Shown: piece after piece, positions 39,241-50,819 of the stretch
Layout of the letters: each line of letters opens with the position of its first letter
Position numbering within the stretch: position 1 is the stretch's first letter
Assembly (NCBI GenBank): GCA_013265495.1
Contig: MU059938.1
Span: 3,234,349 to 3,298,348, forward strand
From: Vicugna vicugna
Lineage: Eukaryota
DNA: 64,000 nucleotides
Direction: 5' to 3'
Translations under genes and position numbers: made by a program
The notes under the pieces: model-generated
The model's database searches: none
What the model saw: only the letters and a program-made list of their open reading frames with translations
Told to the model about the DNA's origin: nothing

Positions 39241-40278
39241 AGTAGCAGGAGGAGAGATTGTAGATGTAAGCCAACAAGATTCCACACAATGTTTCTCATA
39301 CGTGGCGACACATTAGAACCACCTCAAGAGCTTTGAAGAAACACTGATGCCTTGGTGAGTCAAATCGGAATATCTGGTTGGAACAAAACCTGAGGGGATT
39401 CAGTCATCTCAAAGTAGGGAGCAAGAGCCTGGGTAGATATGCTGAGGGGAAAGGGTTTCCCCCTCCAGTGTGACATGGCCACTCGGCTCAGGAACAAAAC
39501 GCTCCTCTCCACGGAAAGAGGAGGCGGAGGAGGGAGACGAGATGCTTTCTGTAGCTCTTACCCCTCAGCTTCCACTTACAATTATCCTTGGGGTCACTGT
39601 CAACAGGGGAAATGTGAGCCCTTCAAAGAGAAGATGTAATTGTAAAGCATCTCCTCTGGTCCTTTCTCTGGATGTTGTAGGTCACGCCAGCCAGTTTCTG
39701 CTTCATCCGTAACCAAGTTAGAGCCGTCAGGGAAAGCCCAGCCACCCTCATCACTGCCAAGGGTCACCCCAAGCAATAAAACCGTGCAGCTCAAAGCCAG
39801 TCCCTTCTCTGCAACCTGCAGAGCACCAGGCTATGTCATCTTGTCTTAAAGACCCCAGGCTTCTGTGCCTTTTTTTTGTTCTTCTTTCTGGTTTTGGTGG
39901 ATTTTTAAGCCCTTCCAACACCATAAAGCTGGTATTGTTTGCTGTTGGCAGGTGACTGGTACCTTGCAGAGATGCAGAATAGTATCGGGGCGGGTTCCTC
40001 CTCTTACATGCTACGGGCAAGTGTTTTAATTTCTCTGAGCCTATTTCTAGGTCTTTATTTATAAAATAGAAATAAATGATGCCTATTTTTGTGTTTGTGC
40101 ATATGTGAAAAATAGAGACTTTCTATTGTCCATCTGTCCATCTATCTGTCTGTCTATCTGTCACCCTGTCACCTATGGGAGGATGGGAGGCATAGTGACG
40201 CTGTGGGCACACAGTGAATTCTAGCTGTTATTAGTATCCCCTTTCATGCTTTTAAATGTCCTTACAATCTTTGAGGCC

Positions 40279-40465
40279 AGCAGTTCTCAACATGTGCTCC
40301 CCAAATCAGAAGCATCACTATCACCTGGGGACACCGTAGAGCTACAAATTATCTTACTCAGAACTACTGGGTCAGAAACTCTGTGGGTGGACCCCCGTGA
40401 TCTGTGATCTGTCTACCAAGTTCTCCAGGGGACTCTAACGCACGCTGGAGTATGAGCCCCGCCGC
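40279..40465. mobile_element. MER5A-type DNA transposon
   Basis: cagcagttctcaacatgtgctcc...agcatcactatcacctgggga...tcagaaactctgtgggtgg...caagttctccagggg. Confidence 0.8.
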
Positions 40466-41375
40466 TCTAGGTTATTGGGCTGGCTAAAGAAAGCGGGGAA
40501 CGAGAGCAGGCTTTTTCTTGTGCCGCGGGATTCTCAGCCTTGTTTTAGACAGCTGAGGTTCCCACCTTATAGGACCAGCAGCAGGTGCCCCTTGCAGCAC
40601 CCACCACACTGCACACTTCTTTATGGTTAACCTGGCATTGACTGAGAGCTTGTTTTAGGCCAGGTGTTGGTTCTAACTAATGGTTTTTAATGCCTTTTGT
40701 GACTCTCTGATGATTTCATTTGCATTACCTACCTTCCCAAATGAATTTCCATGTTCTCATAGGGCAGGAACACAGGGTCTCATATAGCGTTTGCATATGC
40801 CATTGAGCGAAATACATTATTGCCACATGTTAACTAGTTGATAGGATTTGCTAGAATTTCCTTTTTTTTTATCAGAAATGCGAAAGTTCTGAATAATGAA
40901 TCAATATTTTTTCCTTGTGCCTTTTATGGTTTGAAACAGTAAGGGACACAGTCGAGTCCAGCTTATTTTTAACCTTCATCGTCTCCATCCTCCTCCTAAA
41001 TCCTTGCTCTCTATTTACCTTTGTGTTTGCCCTTGAAAGATGTCCGCTGGTGTAGCATCTGGGCTTCTGAGTTGGTACTCTGGGTTTCTCAACTTCATCC
41101 GATTTCAGTTCCGTGCGATAAATAATAGCCATTTTAGCCAGAGTTTCAGCTATGAATAGCTTCTCTCCTCATAACTTCATCTTATATTTATTGCTTAAAA
41201 TGATAGATTGAAAGTCATCACCTAGCAACTGGCACATTTTTCTCTTGTGGTCTAGTTACTTGTAATGATTGACTATTGCTATTGCTCCACTGGCTCGTCC
41301 TGGTCAAAAATGGATATAACGCATCTATAAATAGAGGTGCATTTACATACTCTTAGGATTATCAGTGCAACTTAC

Positions 41376-41540
41376 TGAAATGAGTTCATTTGTACAAAAT
41401 ACCTTGTCTATCAATTTATTTCTCACATCTTCCAAAGGAGTAGCCAATTCCAGCCTATCCAGGATTTTATACTTATAGTACTTGATTAGTTCTGTTATCT
41501 CAAACCCCAGATCTCTTGTTGGAGACTGGCTTTTGTGTCT
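41376..41540 (-). other. Candidate exon of an unidentified minus-strand transcript (138 nt to donor AAG|GTATTT at 41403, or 165 nt to TCA|GTAAGT at 41376)
   Basis: Long pyrimidine tract ttttgtgttctttcttgctttcggttttcggttgctttcttcacag|AGA. One open frame: RHKSQSPTRDLGFEITELIKYYKYKILDRLELATPLEDVRNKLIDK(VFCTNELIS). Non-repeat sequence. Confidence 0.4.
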
Positions 41541-41557
41541 CTGTGAAGAAAGCAACC

Positions 41558-41570
41558 GAAAACCGAAAGC
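41558..41570 (+). promoter_or_regulatory. IRF-binding element (IRF-E/ISRE-like) GAAAACCGAAAGC
   Basis: Exact match to the IRF1/IRF2 consensus G(A)AAA(G/C)(T/C)GAAA(G/C)(T/C), with two retained CpGs. Motif only. Confidence 0.45.
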
Positions 41571-44500
41571 AAGAAAGAACACAAAAATTTTTATATCGCT
41601 TCATGCTCGTTTCTCGTATAGTGCTCTGTCACAAAAAATTAATGCTTTGTACTTTAAAAGAGCCTTTCATCCCCAAACCTCAAAGAACCTTATAAATAAG
41701 TAAGCATGATTATCTACATTTACAGGTTGGGAATGATGCACAAAGCTGTTAAAACTGCATTGTGCATCATTGCCAAACTGAGCTCGTTTTAATTAAATGC
41801 ATATAAAATTAGTTGATTTGGTGTTTTAAATATGTATACTAAGTTCCTCTAAGCCTCAACAGACCATGGAGATTAACAAAGTTACAATAATGGTAAAGCC
41901 CAAATTACTCTGGTCCTTCCTTCTTTCTACATAATTCAAGATCTCAGCTTTCTGCGGAGACCCTTATGTGTTTCTGGGGGTCCCCAGAGGTATCCCTTCT
42001 GTGTTCATGGACAAATGGCCTCTTCTGCTTCACTGAGCATCACTTCCCATTAGGTGCTGGGATGCAGTTTTTCCCCATTACCCTGCCAGACACCTTTCCA
42101 GAGTTAACTCGGCCTCCGAGATGCCCGAGGTGCAGTGTCCAGCGACCTTCAGGACCCTGCATGTCTACCCTTAGTGTCTACCCTTCATGTCATGTTGTTA
42201 GGAGGCAGTCCAAGGCAGGGCATCTGGAGCGCTAGTGTTTTGTAAGTGGCTTTTCTTTTCAAGGAATAAACAGTTGCATCATTTCTTACTTCTCCCCTTG
42301 GGGAGCTGGGCTCAGAGATGAGGCCTGATGACAAACATCACATTGGACTCAGATTTTGCATCTTCTGTGGTCTTGCCTGATGTTGGCGCTTGTGAAATAT
42401 TTATGTTCAACAGGAGAATCCCAAGGCCTGATTGTATCAGGCCAGGTCCTGGGGAGTAGGAACTACTCATCTCTTGCCCACAGATCAGCCTCCTCGCATG
42501 CACAGCAGGGTGTATGTGGAGAGGCAGAGCTTGGTATCTGACACAGAACCTCAGCATCAGATGGGCCAGCCTCTGACCTACGTGCATCAAGACAGCAAAA
42601 CCACTCTCCACATACGTCGGCACATAGACAAAAAGCTGAACACTATCCAAGCCACAAACACAGCTAATCATTTTAGCTAGAGGAGGGGGAAGCTGTCAGG
42701 AAGCGGGGCAACACTATGGCTGAATGTCTGAATAACTCTCATCTGGAATGAGGAAGCAATGGGGGGAGGCTGTAGCTATAGCTGGGAAGAGGCTTTTGCC
42801 TCACTTCCCTGCAGCATCCAACCTAGAGCAAAGTCTCTCCCTTCTTTACCCCTTCCTCAAATTACGTACCACCAACCTGAAATCCTAGGAATAAATCCTT
42901 TGTGACATCTCCTTACTAAGACTGCCCAGGCTTCTCTAGGGTGTACATTCTTGCCCACTGTAATGAACAATAAACTCAGCTGATCAACTGCTACTGTGTT
43001 CCTGGAAGTCTTTGGCTGGAGGACATTGACACCCAAGTGGGCACAATGGGCTCCCTTGCCCTTTGGGGTTTGGTTGGGTTGGGCCAATGAGGAACATGAG
43101 GTCAGGGTATTTCTTCCTCCACACCCTCCTTCTGCAGCCTGTGCCCTCTCTTTCTATATTCCAGGGACCACACAGTCTCACTCTAAGACATTGTACCAGA
43201 TCTTGTTGTATATAAATTCTGGTCACGCCTTTGTATATAGATAGAATCTTTATTAAAAGCTCTTCAACTATTCAATTTGAGAGTGCTGTCAATCTTTTGC
43301 CGGAACCAAAGCTTTCTTACTGGATTCTCTACGTTACCCTGTGATCCTTTTATCTCAGGACGTGTGCTTCCTGAGATACCTCACGGTCCTCTTGCAAATA
43401 GGCCTCTGGCTTGCCTGCCTCCTCAGTTTGCCTGGGACATCCCGGGTAGGGCAGGATCCTGCTCTGACAGCTTGTCCCTTTCGCTACTCCCTCAAGATTA
43501 ATTAATAGGTTTAAGAAAGACCTTCAGATATTATTAAAATTCAAGATCAGCTGACTGGCAGGTCTTTCCTTTCCTTTTCTGACTGCTAAGTCAGAAAACT
43601 ACACGTCAATTGTGAATATCAAGTCCTAGAAGTAAAAATTAGGATTATGATGACATATGCAGAATAAACCCATTTCCACTATTGAAAAAATACAAAGAAT
43701 ATTAAGCAAAACCAACAATGGGTCTAATCGCGGATTACCTAAGAGAATAATTGACCTTAACTGACACATTCAAAGACGTTAAGCATTTTACCACCTTTTT
43801 TTCTTTTAAAACCACTAATAGACTGATTACAAAGCCCAGAGTACACAGCAGACAAATTTCCTTTCCAGTAAGCTACTCGACAAGGAAATGCAGATCCTGG
43901 CAGAGTATTTAAAATTTTAGCGTGATATTGGGCCTCCCTTTGACTTGGTTTGGCTTTATTATTGTTTTATCAAAAATAATGCACTTTCTTTTTAAATATC
44001 TGATTTTGAAAACCTTTCCTACAGATGCAATTGTTTCAAAATTACATGTTGGAGCTACATTTCTTTGTTCCTGTGGGAATACATCTTCGCTCCTAGAATG
44101 TAAGTCAGTATGAAAATAAGATTTGCCTAAAGGAAATTGTTTTATAGCCAAGCTTCAGGAACACGTGGAGTCCATCAGTCAGACACAGCGATGTTATCAG
44201 CAGAATGCTGTGACTCCCCTCAGGCTCTTTCAGGGAGACCTTAAGGATGGTTCTGGGTGGCTTTAGAAGAGGCAATATGTATATTTCCTGAAAAGGCTTA
44301 ATTGTAATTTAAAAAGGATGAGGAAGACAAGAAAGGAATTCCCTACTTCTGTGCGTTACCTTTAGGAACTACCTTCAATTTAAATAAACACATATATTAT
44401 CTAGCTAAAACAAATGCATATATCATGGAGATGAAATATTTTGCATGAATTTAAAGATGAAACATGGGGCCAGCAAGGAAATTTCAGGTTTGTAATGGGC

Positions 44501-44619
44501 TGCTTTGGGTCATCAGACCCTGAGGAAACATTGAGGCTTTTATATCTGCTAATAGGCAATATCTGCAGTTTACACCTGTTTTACAGAGGGGGCTCAGTTC
44601 ATCTGAGATTTGGAAATGT

Positions 44620-44780
44620 GCAAGGGACTTACTAGCTGTGTGAGGCAACTTACATAAACCCCTCCAAGCCTCAGTTTCCTCATCTGGAGAAACAAACATA
44701 CACTGAGCTCATAATCCTCTTGTGGAAATTAAATGCCATACTGAGAGGGCTTAGCGCAGTTCCGGGCCTCATAGATCCCA
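44620..44780 (+). mobile_element. MIR SINE
   Basis: acttactagctgtgtgaggcaacttac...aagcctcagtttcctcatctgg. Confidence 0.8.
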
Positions 44781-45312
44781 CTATCATTATTCTTTTAATT
44801 ATTGCAGATGCATTAATTTAATATTTTGATTTGAAAACTGATACCCCTTACAAAACGTGGAGGGGGCTTAAAGTCATCTTTAAGATACCATATTTTATGA
44901 GTCGAAGTATACTTGGCAAATTCTCTTTTTTTTTTTTTTAGGAATACATCAGATATTTCCCAAACAATAAAACCAATCAATTTAATTAGCTGTAACTTTT
45001 GGAGAAGTGCGTAAGGCATACTAATGTAAAACTAAACCCAACCCTTACATTTCTGGTTAATTGATTTCGACAAGGATGCTGAGACAATTCAATGGGAGAA
45101 AGCAGACTTTTTAACAGATGGTTTTGAGACAACCAAATATCCACGTGCAAGACAATGTCGTTCGACTCCTACCTTCACATCACACACAAAAATGACTCAG
45201 AATGGATCATGGACCTAAAAGTAAGTGGTAAAGCTATAAAAGTCTTTGAAGATAACATAGGAGTAAGTCTTCATGACCTTAGGTTAGGTAACAGTTTCTT
45301 GGACAGGACAGC

Positions 45313-46220
45313 TATGAAATAATTGAAAAAAATATATATTGGTTTTCTGCCTCCTGTTTCTGGCACAGAGCTTCTGAAACTCTTGTCATCTCCTAGGTGA
45401 TAAGAGCACTAGCAGCATCTTTAGTTCTAATGTCTGATCTTTGGCGGTGATTCTGATGTCAGAACACAGCTCCTAAACCCCTTGGAGTTTCCTGGGTGGT
45501 AGGAGTATCTTTTGTTCTAATGAGAAAATGCTTGGTGGATTTCTGGGTGGAAAGTGGTCTCCAAAAGACGAAGCCATGATTACAAGCTTGGAACTTACCC
45601 CTACCTTCCAGGAAGAGGAGATGGGGTTGAGAACTGAACTAATGATCAATCGTGCCTACGTGATGAAACCTTGACAAAACCCAAAGCACAGGGTTTAGAG
45701 AGCTTCCCAGTTGGTGAACACCCCTGTATGCAGGGCAGGTCACCCATGCCAGCTCTATGGGGACAGAAGCTCCCTTGCTCAGGACTCTCCCAGACCTCGC
45801 CTTATGTATTTCCTCATCTGGCTATTCATCCATATCTTTGATCATATCCTTTAATAATAAATCAGCAAATATAAGTAAGTGTGTTTTTTCTGAGTTCTGT
45901 GAGCTTCTGTAGCAAATTAATTGAACATAAGGAGGAGATTGTGGGAACCTCCAATTATAGCCAGTTGAGCAGAAGCATAGGTGACCACCTAGACTTGAGA
46001 CAGACACCTGCAGTGGGGAGAGAGGCCTTGCTTGTGGAATCTGACACTGTCTCCAGGTAGATAATGTCAGAATTGAGTTGACTTGTAGGACACTCAGCTG
46101 GTGTTGGAAAATTGGTGCAGAGGGAAAAAAAAAACCCACACATCTGGTGTTAGAAGTTGAGAGTATGGTAGTAGTGTGAAAAACACACAGTAGGAAGAGT
46201 GAGTATTTCCAGCTCAACAA
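45313..46220 (+). mobile_element. MER21-family (ERVL) solo LTR inserted in L1
   Basis: aaatatatattggttttctgcctcctgtttctggcacagagc...agaagctcccttgctcaggactctcccagacctcgccttatgtat...ttctgagttctgtgagc...cacatctggtgttagaag...aca. Confidence 0.85.
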
Positions 46221-46840
46221 CGAAGAGCAAGTGACAAAAAAAAAAAAATATATAGAGCAATTAGACTGTATACCAAAACTGAAAACTTTTGTGCTGCAAA
46301 TGATACTTTCAAGAAAGTGAAAAGGCAACAGACAGAAAGAGAGGAAATATTTGGAATCATATATCTGACAAGGGACTTGTCAACCAAGATACATAAACAA
46401 CTCACAGCTCAATGAGAAGACCAATTACCAAATTAAAAATGGTCTAAGGATGCGAGGAGACATTTCTCCTGATAAGATATACATGAGACCAACAAGTACG
46501 TGTGAAGATGCTCAACATGATTGACCATTATGGAAATACAAATCAGAACCACAATGCTTTACTGCTTCATACCCACTAGGATGACTATCATAAAAAATTC
46601 ACACAATGTTGGTGAGGACATGGAGAGGTTGCAACTCTCATACACTGCTGATGGGGATGTAAAATGGTTCAGCCACTTTGGAAAACAGTCTAGCAGGTCC
46701 TCAAAAAATTAAACATATAGTTACTATATGACCCAGCAATGTCAGTCCTTGGTATATACCCAAGAGAAACAAGAATGCATAGCCACGCAAAAACTTGTAG
46801 ATGAATGTTTATAACAGCGTTATTCATAATAGTCAAAAGT

Positions 46841-46910
46841 GGGGGAGGGTATAGCTCAATTGGTAGAGTGGGTGCTTAGCATGCACAAGGTCCTGGGTTC
46901 AATCCCATGT
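46841..46910 (+). mobile_element. tRNA-derived SINE head (Vic-1-like, camelid); remainder masked (N 46911-47038)
   Basis: GGGGGAGGGTATAGCTCAATTGGTAGAGTGGGTGCTTAGCATGCACAAGGTCCTGGGTTCAATCCC has Pol III A and B boxes and is inserted in L1 sequence after caaaagt. Confidence 0.88.
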
Positions 46911-48273
46911 NNNNNNNNNNNNNNNNNNNNNNNNNNNNNNNNNNNNNNNNNNNNNNNNNNNNNNNNNNNNNNNNNNNNNNNNNNNNNNNNNNNNNNNNNN
47001 NNNNNNNNNNNNNNNNNNNNNNNNNNNNNNNNNNNNNNAATGTTGTGTATTCATATAAGGAAATATTATTTGGCAATAAAAACGAATGAAATACTGATAC
47101 ATGCTACAACATGAACTTTGAAAACATTGCACTATGTGAAAGAAGTCAGTTACAAAAGATCAAAATTGCATAATTTCATTCATATGAACTGTCCAGGACA
47201 AGCTAATCTATAGAGACAGAAAGTAGATCAGTGGTTGTAAGGGGCTGGGGGAGGAGGAGGGTTGGAGGGAACCAGGAGTGACTGCTAATGAGTACAGAGT
47301 TCCTTTTCTGGGTGATGAAAATGTTCTAAAATTAGATTGTGGTAGATGGTTGCACAGCCCTGTGACTATATTTAAAAACATTGAATTGTGTTCTTAAATA
47401 GGTACGTTATGGTATATTAATTGTATCTTAATAAGGCTTTTTTAAAAAGAAAGAAAAAACCCCCCACAAAGACTTACATGTAGACTTTCTAGTCAGTTTC
47501 CTCAGCATAGGTTTCTAAAATATAAAATGTATATTTGATCATTGCATTGGTTTAACTTAACACTGTATTTATTGTATGGAAAGTCTGTAAGCCCGTTTGA
47601 GCAAATTGGAGACCACTGAAAATTTGGATGGGAATGTAATTACCTGAGTTAAGCCTTGATCAAAAGGCATTCTAGTCTAACTAGAGATACTGTTGGATTT
47701 TTAAATCAGTGCCAGCTCCTAGGAATTAAGCTTTCTGTTTCTTACATAAGATAGGAATGATGCTTTTCAACCTGCCTCTTCCTATCTGGCAAGTGGTATA
47801 GTATTGACTCATGGTACTCCTTGCAACGCTCGAAATTTTTTTTAGTTTTCACTTTGCATTCAAGTATTGATTGAAACAGGCCTCTGTGCAGCTTGCAAGG
47901 TGTTAGGCATTGTCAGCGTGCAGCGTCAGAGCTCTGGGGCCACCCGCTGTAATGGGTTTATTCTCTTTCTGGAGGTGGAAGTTCAGAAGGGCAGGCTAGT
48001 GGATTACGGAACAGAAGCACTGGCCTTAAAGGACCTAGAGGCTTAGCTCAAAACCAGCGTCCCTAGAACCTCCATCTCAATGACAAAATAAGTCGCTGTC
48101 ATTGTACATGACAAGGCTCCATCTTTTTGAGAAGTAATCTCTGTTTTCTTTTATGTGCCTATTTTGGGATGTGATTTTAACGTACAGATATGTATATGCA
48201 TACATATGAATATGGAACTCATTTGGCAATTAAAAATGCTGCCTGTTAGTAATTGTAATATTTTTAGATGGTT

Positions 48274-48492
48274 TGATGTATAGTGAAAAGGGCAAATTAT
48301 TCTGAGTCAGGAAAACTGGGTTTAAATCTTAGCTCTGCCAGTTAAAGGTGCTGTACTTTGGGGAAGTCACGTGAGCCTTTCTGGGTTTTGGCCCCCTCCT
48401 CTGTCAACAGGCTAATCATTTTACCCGTCTTGTGGGAGTCACCCGAGGGTTTCAATGGGGCAGCGTTTGCCAAAGTGACTTTACGAAATGGA
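48274..48492 (+). mobile_element. MIR SINE
   Basis: tctgagtcaggaaaactgggtttaaatcttagctctgcca...actttggggaagtcacgtgagcc. Confidence 0.75.
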
Positions 48493-48954
48493 AAGAGTCT
48501 TCACATCTTCATGGCCTGTGGACTGTCTGATGTCCCCAGGGAGACTGAAAGCTCCACGTTTTTGTAGCTCCACAGAGCTGACGGTGGACAGTCAAGTTAG
48601 ATTTGCTGATTTGCTGGTTGTTTGGGGACCCTTTTTTTGTTGGGGGGTTGGAGGTGTTGAAGGCATCTTCCCCTGACTCATCCTCAAGGAGGCTGGGATA
48701 TGGTATGACTTGAGGGTATGTGACGGGTCCTTCATTTAACAGCTATGAATTGAGTGCTGCTTTGGCTTAGGTACTTGGGGTAAAGGTTTACCAGTCTGCC
48801 AAAACTGCTCCAGGAGCTTACATCCTAATGGAAAAAGAAGGTCCAATAATCTATTAAATAAATAAGTACATAGTTTCAGAGAATTGGAGGTGCTCGTAGA
48901 AAAGAAAGCTAAATAAAGATAAAAGGATAGAAAGAAGGAATGAAGACTGTTTAT

Positions 48955-49350
48955 TCCCTTTTCATTTTGAACAATTTCAAATCTCTGGAAAACCTGACAC
49001 AGCGGTATTCAATGAGCACCCATTTCTTCATTGCCTAAATGCCCCAGTTATTAACCTTTTACCACACGTGCTTTCTGTCCCTCCTCTCCATGTGCATGTC
49101 TTTATGTGCACACGTATGCACACACGCACGTGTATGCACACACGTGGGTTCTTGTTGCTGAACCACTTAGAGTAAGTGATAGATGCCATGAAAGCATCCC
49201 TCAATCGTCCAGCAAATATTTCCCAAGAATAGGATATTCGCCTGTCTAACCACAACCCCGTTATGACTCTCAAAAAATTTAATAGGATACAGTAACATTA
49301 TTTAATATGGAGTGAAATTCAAAATTTCCTCAATTGTTCCCCTCACCAAA
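48955..49350 (-). mobile_element. L1MC/MD-like 3' UTR fragment (antisense) with an internal alternating purine-pyrimidine tract
   Basis: ttttgaacaatttcaaa...ccagttattaacc...gctgaaccacttagagtaag...aggatattcgcctgtctaaccacaac...aaatttcctcaattgt. Confidence 0.7.
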
Positions 49351-49753
49351 ATCCATTATCACTGTTTTTGTTTTGTTGTTTGTGTGTGGGGGAGAGTGGT
49401 TACCTGTGTAATGAAAAAAGACTTTCCTACCCATGTGGCATTTGAGGAAAACACAGAATGCTGAGAAAGACATAGCTATATGATCTGGTACGTGAGCCTT
49501 CCAGGCATGGGGAAAAGCAAGGTGGGAGGCCCTTTCAGAAGCCCAGGTAGGAGACACGCACGCAGGCTTCTGCGCTTCCATCTGGTGTGACCACACTGCC
49601 ATAAACCCATCTCAAAGCCTCTCATCCACCTGTTCCAAGCTCAACTCAAACTGTCATAAATCTAAAAACTTGAAACCATCACACAAAAGCACTCCCTGCC
49701 AACCCGCCATCCAGTTTTGACCATCCAGGTGTGTTCAGGCAATTCCAGGAAAC

Positions 49754-49763
49754 TTTTCTTTTC

Positions 49764-49795
<32 letters not shown>
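49754..49795. repeat. (TTTTC)n microsatellite
   Basis: ttttcttttcttttctttttcttttcttttcttttcttttt. Confidence 0.9.
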
Positions 49796-49936
49796 GTATC
49801 TTCTTATTTTGTAAAAATAAGTGGGAAATGTAACAATCAATATTTTGAGACTAGAGTGAAGACGTGGAAGTACCCTCAGTATGATGTAGGTAAGACTTGA
49901 AATGATACTATTAATGTCAAAAGTGGTAACTCTTAT

Positions 49937-50587
49937 ATGACCCAGGAATCCCACTCCTGGGCTTGTATCCAGAAGGAACCCTACTTCAGGATNNNNNNNN
50001 NNNNNNNNNNNNNNNNNNNNNNNNNNNNNNNNNNNNNNNNNNNNNNNNNNNNNNNNNNNNNNNNNNNNNNNNNNNNNNNNNNNNNNNNNNNNNNNNNNNN
50101 NNNNNNNNNNNNNNNNNNNNNNNNNNNNNNNNNNNNNNNNNNNNNNCATTTACAGCAACATGGATGCTCCTGGAGAATGTCATTCTAAGTGAAGTCAGCC
50201 AGAAAGAGAAAGAAAAATACCATATGAGATCGCTCATATGTGGAATCTAAAAAACAAAAAACAAAAAACAAACAAACAAAAACAAAGCATAAATACAGGA
50301 CAGAAATAGATTCATAGACAGAGAATACAGACTTGTGGTTGCCAGGGGGTGGAGGGTGGGAAGGGATAGACTGGGATTTCAAAATTGTAGAATAGATAAA
50401 CAAGATTACACTGTATAGCACAGGGAAATATACACAAAATGTTATGATAACTCACAGAGAAAAAAATGTGACAATGAGTGTGTATATGTCCATGAATGAC
50501 TGAAAAATTGTGCTGAACACTGGAATATGACACAACATTGTAAAGTGATTATAAATCAATTAAAAAAAGTTAAAAAAAAAGACAAAA
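49937..50587 (+). mobile_element. Young, heavily 5'-truncated camelid-type L1 with a perfect 18-bp TSD
   Basis: TSD AAAAGTGGTAACTCTTAT at 49919-49936 and 50588-50605. End of ORF2 (LLENVILSEVSQKEKEKYHMRSLICGI*), then 3' UTR and A-rich tail. Confidence 0.96.
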
Positions 50588-50819
50588 AAAAGTGGTAACT
50601 CTTATTTCAAACTAAACAACTCCATACTCAACTGAGAATGAAAAGAAGAAAATGTAAGCTCATGTACACAATTTTGGAAACATCTCCTGGAAAAGTGAAG
50701 GGCGATTAAGAATTACATACTACGTTTTAGATCTTTTGGAATGAAGCATCATCTAATAAAGCCTACCGTATGATTTTTCAAACATTTAACTTTTTTTTTT
50801 TACACATTTCTCATATTGA

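Larger units (their letters stand above)
45025..47445 (+). mobile_element. L1MB-like LINE 3' portion, interrupted by a MER21-type LTR and a SINE
   Basis: ttgatttcgacaaggatgctgagacaattcaatgggagaaag (ORF2 LIFDK..K.IQW region), then a 3' UTR with gctaatgagtacagagttcc...gtgatgaaaatgttctaaaattagattgtggt... Confidence 0.92.

Noticed and set aside
1-44151. Idea that this is the SLC35D1-C1orf141 interval (CpG island plus minus-strand exons about 40 kb away)
   Set aside because: The resemblance of the 41.5-kb and 44.0-kb peptides to C1orf141, from memory, is only about 20% identity, too low for an orthologue. No other recognisable exon was found. It cannot be supported without a search, so no gene symbol is given.
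46841-46910. Functional tRNA gene
   Set aside because: It sits at an L1-type target inside an L1 and matches a SINE head. No complete cloverleaf or terminator is visible (the rest is masked).
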